Shown here: one piece after another, positions 46,726 through 56,512 of the stretch | Numbering within the stretch: the stretch's first letter is position 1 | Layout: every line of letters begins with the position of its first letter | NCBI GenBank assembly: GCA_020184695.1 | Contig: JAANOX010000224.1 | Span: 366,730 to 430,729, forward strand | Origin: Histomonas meleagridis 2922-C6/04-290x | Taxonomy: Eukaryota; Protista; Parabasalia | Reading direction: 5' to 3' | Length of the DNA stretch: 64,000 nucleotides | Notes under the pieces: generated by a model | Told to the model about the DNA's origin: nothing | The model's input: the letters and a program-made list of their open reading frames with translations, nothing else | Databases searched by the model: none | Position numbers and translations under genes: made by a program

Positions 46726-48141
46726 ATGGACAAAGATACTGATCAGATCCCTTACGAAGAAATTGGTAAAGAAACGGATTGGATACCTCTTAACCAAAGG
46801 GAGTCCTTATCCATATTCCACATTATGGGAATTTGTTGTTCAATGCTTGCATTCCAGATTGCATATAGTGTTGAATTTGCCTTAGGCACGCCAATCATGT
46901 CACGCCTTGGCATTGCGCAAAGTGTACAATCCTTAATTTGGTTCTCTGGTCCACTTTCTGGATTTATCGTCCAGCCATTAATTGGTTTTTATTCAGATAT
47001 TACCATGGCAAAAATGGGGCGAAGGCGTCCATTCATTATTGTCGGCGTTATTGGTATCTTGTTAGGATTTGTATTATTATTATTTGTTGAATCACTCGGA
47101 AACGCAATGGGCAAAAGCGAATCTGCAAAGAAAGGACTTAAGATCTTCATCTTCACACTTGCGCTTCTTATTACAAATATTTCCATTAACGTACTTCAAG
47201 GACCATCACGTACATTAGTGGGAGATGTAGTTCCAAAGGTACAACAAGTTAAGGCCAATACCGTTGGTTCACTTATGATAGGTATTGCCGCAATTATTAC
47301 GAATCTTATTGGAGGATTAGATCTAGCGACCAAACTTAAGTTACCATTTGATAATGAGAAACTTATCTTTATCATTGGTATTGTTCTTATAGCTATTGGT
47401 GTTATAATTACATGTGTAGTTGCTAAAGAAGAACCACTTCGTGTTAAACCAGTTCGTGCAAATCCATTAAAGGAAATATTCCAAGCTGCACGTAATGTAC
47501 CAAAACCAGTGTTACGTATAGCTATAGTTTTCTTCTTTTCATGGATGGCTTATTATCCATTTAACATTGAAACAACTGATTTCTTCGGATTTGATATTTA
47601 TGGCGGTAGATCAAATGGTACAGATAGACAAAAGACAATATATAATGATGGTGTTAACTTCGGTATGCTTGTAATTGCTGTATCTAATGTTTTAGTTTTA
47701 ATTTATGGATTCTTCCAAGAAAAGGTTATTCAACTCGTAGGAATGAAATTGACTTATGCTTTATCACAGATCATCGAAGGTATTTGTCTCGTCTTAGTCT
47801 TCTTCATTTCAAATAAATGGGCTTTGATGGGTATCTTCGCACCACTAGGTATTTCTTGTAATATATTCAACTCTGTTCCTTACGCTGTCGTAGGAATGTG
47901 CGTTTCTCAAGAACAAATGGGTACTTATATGGGCGTACTTAACTCTTGTTGTGTTGTTGGTCAACAAATTTCTAACTTTTTGCTTGGATCTGGTATAGGT
48001 GCTTTGTCTCCTGATTGGAAGGCTCCAATTCTTGGTTGTGGTTCAGTCTTCGCATTCTTGTCAGCTTTGTTGTGCTTCTGGATTATTGTTCCTGAACAAC
48101 AAGAACAAGAAATGTTGGAGCCACTTAAAACAGTCGAATAA
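46726..48141 (+). CDS. MFS sucrose/H+ symporter-like transporter (GPH/SLC45 family)
   Basis: QIAYSVEFALGTP, SGFIVQPLIGFYSD...GRRRPF, NVLQGPSRTLVGD, GTYMGVLNSCCVVGQ. Confidence 0.92.
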   Translation: MDKDTDQIPYEEIGKETDWIPLNQRESLSIFHIMGICCSMLAFQIAYSVEFALGTPIMSRLGIAQSVQSLIWFSGPLSGFIVQPLIGFYSDITMAKMGRRRPFIIVGVIGILLGFVLLLFVESLGNAMGKSESAKKGLKIFIFTLALLITNISINVLQGPSRTLVGDVVPKVQQVKANTVGSLMIGIAAIITNLIGGLDLATKLKLPFDNEKLIFIIGIVLIAIGVIITCVVAKEEPLRVKPVRANPLKEIFQAARNVPKPVLRIAIVFFFSWMAYYPFNIETTDFFGFDIYGGRSNGTDRQKTIYNDGVNFGMLVIAVSNVLVLIYGFFQEKVIQLVGMKLTYALSQIIEGICLVLVFFISNKWALMGIFAPLGISCNIFNSVPYAVVGMCVSQEQMGTYMGVLNSCCVVGQQISNFLLGSGIGALSPDWKAPILGCGSVFAFLSALLCFWIIVPEQQEQEMLEPLKTVE

Positions 48142-48273
48142 ACAAAGTAAAAGAGTAAAATTTAATCTTTAAACTTTTAATTTTTTATCATCACATCAAA
48201 TTTCTTGATGCATTGTATCGTTTTGGGGTGTACCATAGTACGATAGCTGTACAAGTTAAGTGTTATATAATAT

Positions 48274-49788
48274 ATGTATTACTCAGGGAACATGCAATTT
48301 ATTAATGGACAACCAACACAATTTCAACAGACACCTCAAATGCAATATAATGCATCGCAAAAATACCAAAATTTTACATATTTTTCTGGATATAATCAAT
48401 TTGGATATCAATATGGATATGAACAACAGGTATATTCTAATTTTACAGGAAATGGCTATCAACAGTTTCAACAAAAAATTAATAGTAACACAGATTATGA
48501 ACCACATAATAACAGTCATTTCCAACAAGTAGATTATACTCAAGCTAAGTCACAAAATAGACAATCAAATGGCATGAATCCACAATCTGATTACTTGAGA
48601 AATAGTGGAATACAATTTGAGCAATCAAATCGTACACAAACTAATCAATGGTATGATTATCAAATTGAACAGCTAAACAACTCACAACCTAATCATCAAA
48701 ATTATGCACAATTCCAACAACCAAACAATGCGCGAACAGATTACGCAAGAGAATATATACCAAATAATTCCCAAATCAATCCTCAAACTTATACTCCAAA
48801 TATAACAGCACAAACAAAACAATCGTTACGCAGCGAACAATACAAAAATCGTAACAAGCAAATGAATGTAACTCAGTACGAACATCCAAACACAGCACAA
48901 CTCAGTCAACAAAATTATTCACAAATCACTTACATGACAAATACCATAGCGCAAGCAGAGCAAATAGATAACGCTCATTACGAACCGACAAATGCACATC
49001 GGTTTAGTCAACAAAATTATGCACAGTCCAATCAATTAAATAGTACACAAACATATTACGCAAGAAATATCATAACACAAACAGAACATATAAATTGCGC
49101 TCAGTACGACAAACAAAGTTATACACAGCTACAACAATATCAGCAACCGAACAATGGACAATCCAATTACATATCAAATGTTAAACAAAGTAATGCACTA
49201 TATCAACTTCCAAACAATGCAAACGCATACTACGCAGCACAAACACAATACACTCCGAATGCGACAGCACAAAACATTACGCCCACTCTCACATACACAG
49301 GCAAATGCATTCGCATTACTTCTGCTGCGACATTTGCTGAATTCACAGAGAAGCGAAAGCAGCTTCAGCTTGATTTTGTACAGCAACTTAGCGATGCAAC
49401 AATGAATGCTGTCTCCGACATAACCAATGCATTCGACACTATTAACACTGAAGATAATGAAAATCAAATTCAACAAATTGATGCAAATGAAAATGAGAAC
49501 AAAAACTTCGAATCAATTGTTGACACACGTAATGCCGAACGTGTAACTAATTATCTTTTGAATAACAAAAAAAGTAACATAAAAAAGGAAATGGAACAAT
49601 GTCAAGTGCCAATTCTTTTGTGTTTTCTAATGACTGCATGCGACGCAAATGAGCAAATGAAAGAAGAAATTGTGAAATTTGTTGCGTACGCGATCGAAAT
49701 TGTAGAGGAAAAGAAGAAAAAGGATAAAATAAATGAAGCAGATACTGTGATAAGTGAAACGAAGAGGCAATACAAAGGAATAATGTAA
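48274..49788 (+). CDS. Gln/Asn/Tyr-rich low-complexity protein
   Basis: 504-aa ORF; about 340 aa dominated by Q/N/Y/T, then a charged helical C-terminus. Confidence 0.7.
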   Translation: MYYSGNMQFINGQPTQFQQTPQMQYNASQKYQNFTYFSGYNQFGYQYGYEQQVYSNFTGNGYQQFQQKINSNTDYEPHNNSHFQQVDYTQAKSQNRQSNGMNPQSDYLRNSGIQFEQSNRTQTNQWYDYQIEQLNNSQPNHQNYAQFQQPNNARTDYAREYIPNNSQINPQTYTPNITAQTKQSLRSEQYKNRNKQMNVTQYEHPNTAQLSQQNYSQITYMTNTIAQAEQIDNAHYEPTNAHRFSQQNYAQSNQLNSTQTYYARNIITQTEHINCAQYDKQSYTQLQQYQQPNNGQSNYISNVKQSNALYQLPNNANAYYAAQTQYTPNATAQNITPTLTYTGKCIRITSAATFAEFTEKRKQLQLDFVQQLSDATMNAVSDITNAFDTINTEDNENQIQQIDANENENKNFESIVDTRNAERVTNYLLNNKKSNIKKEMEQCQVPILLCFLMTACDANEQMKEEIVKFVAYAIEIVEEKKKKDKINEADTVISETKRQYKGIM

Positions 49789-49906
49789 ATACATAAATTC
49801 ATTTCCCCTCCAAATGAAACATCAGAAGAATTAAACCAAGTTGAAGATGGTGTGCCCGAAAATATATTTTTTGAATGAAATTAATACAGATTTTAGGCAG
49901 ACCGCA

Positions 49907-50193
49907 GTGAAAAACCCGTAGACCAACACCTTAATATAACCCACGCCTACACTGTAGCATTATTCATATAAAACATATTTAGTAATATATATTTAATAAA
50001 TTTTTTTTCGATTTGGTTTTTCACTCACTTCACTAAGGAGAACGTTAACATGAAAAAATCTTTTTTCTTTACATATTTTGATTAATTCATATTTTTGGGA
50101 CTGAACATATGTTAAAATTTTTATTTGCTAACAAACTATGTAAAAATTTATGATTTATCTAAAAATTTGCTGTTGGTCTACAGGTTTTTTCAC
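49907..50193. mobile_element. Small TIR element (MITE-like)
   Basis: GTGAAAAACCCGTAGACCAACA (49907-49928) and TGTTGGTCTACAGGTTTTTTCAC (50171-50193) are near-perfect inverted repeats; CA lies on both outer sides. Confidence 0.55.
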
Positions 50194-50219
50194 CATGGCG
50201 TGTGGAGATTAAGAAATCT

Positions 50220-50550
50220 TATGAAGAAGAAATATGGATAACCCAAATTATTGGAAACGCCATAAAATAGCATTTGCTTGCTTAGCTACTTATACTGGGT
50301 ACATTTTACTATGGAGATGAAATTGGTGATCTTCATGATCATTGGTATTTGGAATTTCTTCATTTCAAATGATAACCTTTCAAGAACTGATGGTCATATT
50401 GAATGGTTTAACAAAAACCAACAAAGATTGTGTTTGTGGTTAATAATGGAACACTCCCAACAAATTTATATGACAATTGTGGGGGAACTTATTTTAGAGA
50501 TTTGATGACAGGACGTGAAATACATTATACTGCGATGCTCTCACGGTAAG
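50220..50550 (+). pseudogene. Possible GH13 (alpha-amylase family) C-terminal fragment
   Basis: GTFYYGDEIG and KIVFVVNN across broken frames. Confidence 0.35.
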
Positions 50551-51075
50551 TATTTAGTAAATATTTAATGTATTTTGCAAAATCACTTTAATGAGCACAA
50601 ATTTTTATTGAAAAAAAATCGAATAATAATGCTTTTGAATCACGGGAAATAAGCAAAAAATGAACACATATTTAGTTTGAAATAAATCATTTTTGTTGCT
50701 TATTTTTTAAGTATAATTTTTATGAAATTTATTAAAGTTTGATATAAAGAATCATTCTGAAAGGGATAAGATGAGATAGGATGATAAAAGAGTTATATAC
50801 TAGATGTAATATTATTGATATCAGATTGTCTAATTTGGTTGTGGTTCTTTTGATCAATTTTTTTTCCATATATATTTTTAATTACCGTTCCTATGTTATT
50901 GCCACTTTTGTGGTAAAGTGTTAAAATTAGGAGGTTATTTCATACATTCTTTCAAACGGGAAACAATCAAAGCCAAAAATCAAAACATCAACAAAAAAAA
51001 AAACACATATCTAATATTACAAAATCTTGAATAATATTCAATTTAAATGAAGAAAATATTGAGGACTCTATAAAA

Positions 51076-52170
51076 ATGACTCTGAATTATTTTGATGATA
51101 AATATACATATTCGTTTAATTTTATTATTTGTAGTATTATATATTCATTTTTCATCTCAAAATATGATGGGGAAATATGTGTAAAATATTTGAAATTACT
51201 TGAATCTAAAGAAAGAGAACTTTATTCAATTAATGATGAAAATATAATATATATTTTTGTAAAATTTTTAAATAATCGCAATGAAGAAGAATCAAATTAT
51301 CTTCTTAATAAAATTTTTGAAAATAGCCTCATTGAAATAAATCAAAAAATCATATCGCGTACACTATACTTTTCACATTATTTATATTCATATGAAATCT
51401 TCAAATATGAAAGTTTTGTAAAATACAAATCATTTTATAAAAACATTAGAATACTTAAAAAACATAATTGGAAACTTCACAAAAAGTTAATAAAAGAAGG
51501 GGTTAATCCAAATGAAATTGCGAAAATCATTCGAAATGATGAAATAGAAAAACTTCAAGAAATATCATCACAAACAAATTTTGATTTTAATCAAAGAATT
51601 GAACCATCACTTTATGAAAGATGTTCAATTATAAATAAAGAAGATGTTTCATTAATTGATTACGCAGCATTTTTTTCTGCAGTTAAATGTTTTAAATATT
51701 TACTTATGAATGGCGCAAATGTAGAAAAAACAGGTAAATATGCAATTGCAGGTGGAAACGAAGAAATTATTCACTTATGTGAACAAAACCATTCATTACT
51801 TGCATGTGCATATGAAACAGCAATTGAATTTCATCAAAATGAGATTTTTAAATATATTTATGAAAATAAATTAAGGAAAATTTATAGTTTAGAAGAATTA
51901 GGAACTAAATGTATTTTATCTCATAACTATGAAATTTTATCATTTTTACAAAATGAAGGAATGCAAATTTGTGATTTACATATCATTGCTTCAATTGAAA
52001 CAGGTAACTTATATTTAATTCAGTATTTGCTTGAACAATATGTGATTGATACATATATACCAAGAATTTCAACAATTTCATGGAATAAAGAACTTTTTAA
52101 TTACCTTGTTACAAAGAATTATATTAACATTAAAAATAAGAATATTTCATTATATTATTTGATATTTTAA
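51076..52170 (+). CDS. DUF3447-ankyrin protein, N-terminal part (locus D)
   Basis: LIDYAAFFSAVKCFKYLLMNGA...IAGGNEEIIHLCEQ; the ORF ends inside the first spacer. Confidence 0.85.
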   Translation: MTLNYFDDKYTYSFNFIICSIIYSFFISKYDGEICVKYLKLLESKERELYSINDENIIYIFVKFLNNRNEEESNYLLNKIFENSLIEINQKIISRTLYFSHYLYSYEIFKYESFVKYKSFYKNIRILKKHNWKLHKKLIKEGVNPNEIAKIIRNDEIEKLQEISSQTNFDFNQRIEPSLYERCSIINKEDVSLIDYAAFFSAVKCFKYLLMNGANVEKTGKYAIAGGNEEIIHLCEQNHSLLACAYETAIEFHQNEIFKYIYENKLRKIYSLEELGTKCILSHNYEILSFLQNEGMQICDLHIIASIETGNLYLIQYLLEQYVIDTYIPRISTISWNKELFNYLVTKNYINIKNKNISLYYLIF

Positions 52171-53416
52171 AATGATATTTATGATTTATTAATAATATTT
52201 AAAAAAATATTTAAAAGCTCATGCCATAAAAGGTTGTTTGATCTTGCGATGTTTCTTATTGAAAATGAATTAGTTGATGTTGATGATATTCATTTGTTTT
52301 ATTTGAAATTTATTTTAATAAATTGATATTTCAAAATAATATTTGGAAATTATATAAATTATTTTTTACAGCACTTATATATGCATCTTCAAATGGTCAG
52401 ACAGAAATAGTTAAATTACTTCTTAAACAAAAGGGAATTAAAATTATAGTCAAAAATATTTAATTGTTTTATTAAATGTTTATTATAATAATACTGGATT
52501 TCAAAATAATATTTAAAATTTATTTGAATTACTTAATCGAGCACTTAGTATTGCTAGTGAGCATGGTCAAATAGAACTTGTTAAATTAATTCTTGAACAA
52601 GAAGGATTTGTAATTAACTGCATGAATATTTACTTGTTTTATTTGATATTTATTTTAATAATTTGTAATTTCAAATTAATATTTGGAAATTATTTAAATC
52701 ATATAAAAAAGCAATTTTATTGGCATCTGAAAAAGGTCATATAAAAATAGTTAAATTACTTCTTGAAAAAGGAATTGATATAAATGCTAAATATAATGAC
52801 ATTTAATTTAATAATTTTGGATTTCAAAATAATATTTGGAAATTATTTAAAACAGCACTTATTTGGGCATCTGAAAAAGGTCATATAAAAATAGTTAAAT
52901 TACTTCTTGAACACGAAGGAATTGACATAAATACTAAATGTGATTACATTTAACTTAATAATTTGATATTTCAAAATAATATTTGGAAATTATTCAAAAT
53001 ACTTATTACAGCACTTATGATTGCATGTCAAAAAGGTAACAAGAAAATAGTTAAATTGCTTCTTGAACAAGAAGGAATTGATATTAATGCTAAAGATATT
53101 TATTTGTTTTATCTAAAATTTAATTTAATAATTTGATATTTCAAAATAATATTTGGAAATTATTTAAAATATTTCAAACAGCACTTATAGAAGCATCTAA
53201 AAATGGCAATACAGAAATTGCTAAACTACTTCTTGAACAAGAAGGAATTGATATTAATGCTAAAGATATTTATTTGTTATATTTCATATTTAATATTATA
53301 ATTTGATATTTCAAAATAATATTTGGAAATTATTTAAAATATTTCAAACAGCACTTATGTATGCTTCAAAAAATGGTAATACAGAAATAGTTAAATTACT
53401 TTCTAAACAAAAATAA
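52144..53416 (+). repeat. Ankyrin array D: 7 units plus a degenerate first unit, with spacers
   Basis: Units at 52368, 52538, 52708, 52852, 53008, 53178 and 53348; preceding spacers 80, 80, 80, 57, 66, 80 and 80 nt; final TAA at 53416. Confidence 0.9.
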
Positions 53417-54111
53417 TAAATAATATAAAATGTTTGATTTATTTAAAGAAGCGATAAAATTTGTAAATAAAAAAATTCAAATCAAAACAGTAAAATTACA
53501 GAGATTTCAAATTGTAATTTTAAGTCAAGAGGAAATTATTCATTATTTAATGATTTTTCTTATTTAAATAAGAAACTTAGGTCTTTTTGATGTCAATATT
53601 TTCTGTGCTAAAATAGATAACAATATTCTATATTTATTATCAGTATATAATTTATATTCATATCAATCGTCCCCATAGGGGCTAATGATCTAATCCAGAT
53701 ATTTTAATCAAAATATATTTTGATCTGTAAGCAAAGAAAAGTGTCAATGAGCAGTGTCACTTTTGCCTCTGAGAGAAGACATATTGCCCCCATTTTTATC
53801 TCTTAATTATTCATTATTTAATTTTTGGAATGGGAAAGAGTCCATTTGCTCATTCGCAAAATTACATCTTGATTATGTGACTATCATCGTTTAACAGCTT
53901 CTAAAGACTTGATTGTCTGGTAGCTAAACTAAATTTGACGCATAAAGAACGATAAATTATCTCAGAAAAAGTGTTTAGAAATTTATGGTGGATAAATAAC
54001 CGTTGTAATCGAGTTCTTAAGAAATTTTTGATAACTTTACGCAGAAATAAACATTTATTTGTTTTCAAAAACCTGGAAAGGGGACGTTTAATTTAGGCCG
54101 AGTATTAATTC

Positions 54112-56457
54112 ATGAATGCTCCAATTACAAAACTATGTCAATTAATGGCAAAACCAGAAAACTCAACGTGCGCTGATTGTGGCGCAAAATCACCAAATTA
54201 TTGCTCACTCAATCTCGGAATTTTTTTATGCAAATCATGCAAAGAAATTCATTCAACTTTAGGAAATCAAATGTTCAATGCAATTTCATGCTCTGACGAC
54301 AGTTGGGATGACGCACGTGTAACATCAGTGTCAAAAATTGGAAATAAAGTTGCAAATAAATATTGGGAATATTTACTTTCAGGAAATTTCCAAAGACCAA
54401 ATAACAAACAACTCGATAAACTTAGAGATTTTATTCACAAAAAATATATTGAGAAAAAATGGGCAAATCCTTCAAAATCACCACCGAATCCATTTGGTGC
54501 AAACGAAACCGAATCACTTGATTCAGATTCATATTCGTCATCATCTCAAAGCCCTTTTGCTGATCCAGGAGAACCGTCTGATAATGAAGAAAATCCTTTT
54601 GGATCAGATGACGATGTTAATCCATTTGTAATCAATGAGCAGCCAAGTGCACCTAACCCGCCAAAGCCTTCACAAACTCCATCAACTTTCCAATTTGAAC
54701 CAAATACTTCAACTGATAACCAATTTGATTTCTTCCATAATAAATCTACACCAAAGCCGCCCATGATTCCCATTCCAAGCACACCCAAACCTTCTCCTTC
54801 CAACACTTCTCCATCAAATCCATTTGATGATGACGACTTTGAAAATCCATTTGATGCCAGTGTACTAGACACAATTCATCCATTCAAAGTCAAAAAGGAT
54901 TCTGGTTCACAACTATTTCAACTTCAAAATGTTGATGTTCCTGAATTGTTTTCTAATGAACCAATAGAACTTGATTCACATGCTCTTCAATTTAAGAGCA
55001 TCAAGGCGCCACTTTATGTTCCTACAATTTTCGTTCCTCCTTTGTTTCGACCAAGTGTTGACTCTCCACAATTCATTCAAAATAACCGCCCTATCGAAGA
55101 GCCCCCCGAATTTGTGCCGATGCAATTTACAGTTTCAGAAGAAGATGAACCGCCACCTTTTGAATTGTTAAATGCACCGCCCCAAAAAGTGCAGCTAACG
55201 GATGTTTTCAGGGCGCCCCCATTTTTCGATCCATCAGCAGACGATTATGAACCTCCACAGTTACAACCAATTCAACAAGTTGCTACTCCTGATATTGGTA
55301 AATTAGCATTGAATACAGAATTTGGAAGTTCTTCAGTCGATGAATTCCCATTTGACGAAGTTGATGATTTCTTAACTGTAACACCAATCATAATGAAACC
55401 AACTATACAAGAGACACCAGAGCCGCAGCCAGAATCTGAACCAGAACAAGAACCAGTAAATGATGAAGAAAGTTCTCATTCTGATAATGCCGAACAACCT
55501 CCAGAAGTTGGACACATTTTCAAGTGTACAATAATACCAATTAACGTCAACATTGAAACGCCAAGTCCATTAGTCAAAGATGCTCCACTAGATGAAGCAT
55601 TTCTCCTAAAAAGCATAATGCATTTGAAGCCAGAACCTCCGCAAGCTACTCCTCAACTCCAAATGAAGCGAAAAGCTATTGACGGAGCTATTCCTGACTT
55701 TGAAGAATGTCAAGGAAATATCAATTCGTTAACACCACTTACCAACCTTAAGTATCCGAACCTTTCAGCTGCTCCTCCAACTGAAGCGCCTGTACCAATT
55801 ACTCCAAACAATGCATTTGAAAATCCATATTTAGAAGCTGCATCAATGAATACATTTGGCAATTCAATTTCAACAAGTCCTACAAACATCCTTCATTCAA
55901 GTATAGTTACACCAACACCACAGTACCCATCTGTTCCTGATGTTGTTCCACTTCTCAATGGAGATAAACCTGTCAAACCTGGAAATGCCGATAAGCCTAT
56001 CGTTCCGGGCACCCCAATGGGACCAAACATCAGTCAGGTACTTAAAAACGAAGCTAAACCAGTATTCGAAGGTCCTAAACCTTCTTTCCAATCTGGCGGT
56101 AAACCATTTGGAAGTATGCCAAGAATGCCATTCCCGATGAATTTCTCAATAGGACAAAATATGAACACAACTGATCAAAGTATGAACTCAATGGGACAAA
56201 GCATGGGATCTATGGGTCAAAGTATGAATTCAATACCACAAAACATCAATCCAATTCCTCAAAGCATAAGCACTATTGGTAACAGTATTGGATCTATGGG
56301 TCAAAGTATGAATTCAATGCCACAAAATATGAATCCTATACCACCAAATCCTGTACGCGCAAGTATGATCACTGCATCATCCGGGATCCCTGTTTTCAAC
56401 AATGAGCCAAATCCATATCAGTCACTTCAAAGCTCGAGTCGACCCAAGTTTAAGTAA
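54112..56457 (+). CDS. ArfGAP-domain protein with Pro-rich, NPF-containing tail
   Basis: CADCGAKSPNYCSLNLGIFLCKSC zinc finger, GNKVANKYWE, FIHKKYIEKKW; five NPF motifs. Confidence 0.92.
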   Translation: MNAPITKLCQLMAKPENSTCADCGAKSPNYCSLNLGIFLCKSCKEIHSTLGNQMFNAISCSDDSWDDARVTSVSKIGNKVANKYWEYLLSGNFQRPNNKQLDKLRDFIHKKYIEKKWANPSKSPPNPFGANETESLDSDSYSSSSQSPFADPGEPSDNEENPFGSDDDVNPFVINEQPSAPNPPKPSQTPSTFQFEPNTSTDNQFDFFHNKSTPKPPMIPIPSTPKPSPSNTSPSNPFDDDDFENPFDASVLDTIHPFKVKKDSGSQLFQLQNVDVPELFSNEPIELDSHALQFKSIKAPLYVPTIFVPPLFRPSVDSPQFIQNNRPIEEPPEFVPMQFTVSEEDEPPPFELLNAPPQKVQLTDVFRAPPFFDPSADDYEPPQLQPIQQVATPDIGKLALNTEFGSSSVDEFPFDEVDDFLTVTPIIMKPTIQETPEPQPESEPEQEPVNDEESSHSDNAEQPPEVGHIFKCTIIPINVNIETPSPLVKDAPLDEAFLLKSIMHLKPEPPQATPQLQMKRKAIDGAIPDFEECQGNINSLTPLTNLKYPNLSAAPPTEAPVPITPNNAFENPYLEAASMNTFGNSISTSPTNILHSSIVTPTPQYPSVPDVVPLLNGDKPVKPGNADKPIVPGTPMGPNISQVLKNEAKPVFEGPKPSFQSGGKPFGSMPRMPFPMNFSIGQNMNTTDQSMNSMGQSMGSMGQSMNSIPQNINPIPQSISTIGNSIGSMGQSMNSMPQNMNPIPPNPVRASMITASSGIPVFNNEPNPYQSLQSSSRPKFK

Positions 56458-56512
56458 ACGATAGAAACGATACAGTACTGACGATCAAAACCAATACAAA
56501 ATAAAATACAAA

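Noticed and set aside
28711-53416. Reading the spacers as canonical GT-AG introns (GT at spacer position 9, AG in ACAG) or AT-AC introns
   Set aside because: These junctions leave 94 nt per unit or otherwise break frame. The ACAG is part of the Thr-Ala codons and is absent in the ACG-C and ACT-G units.
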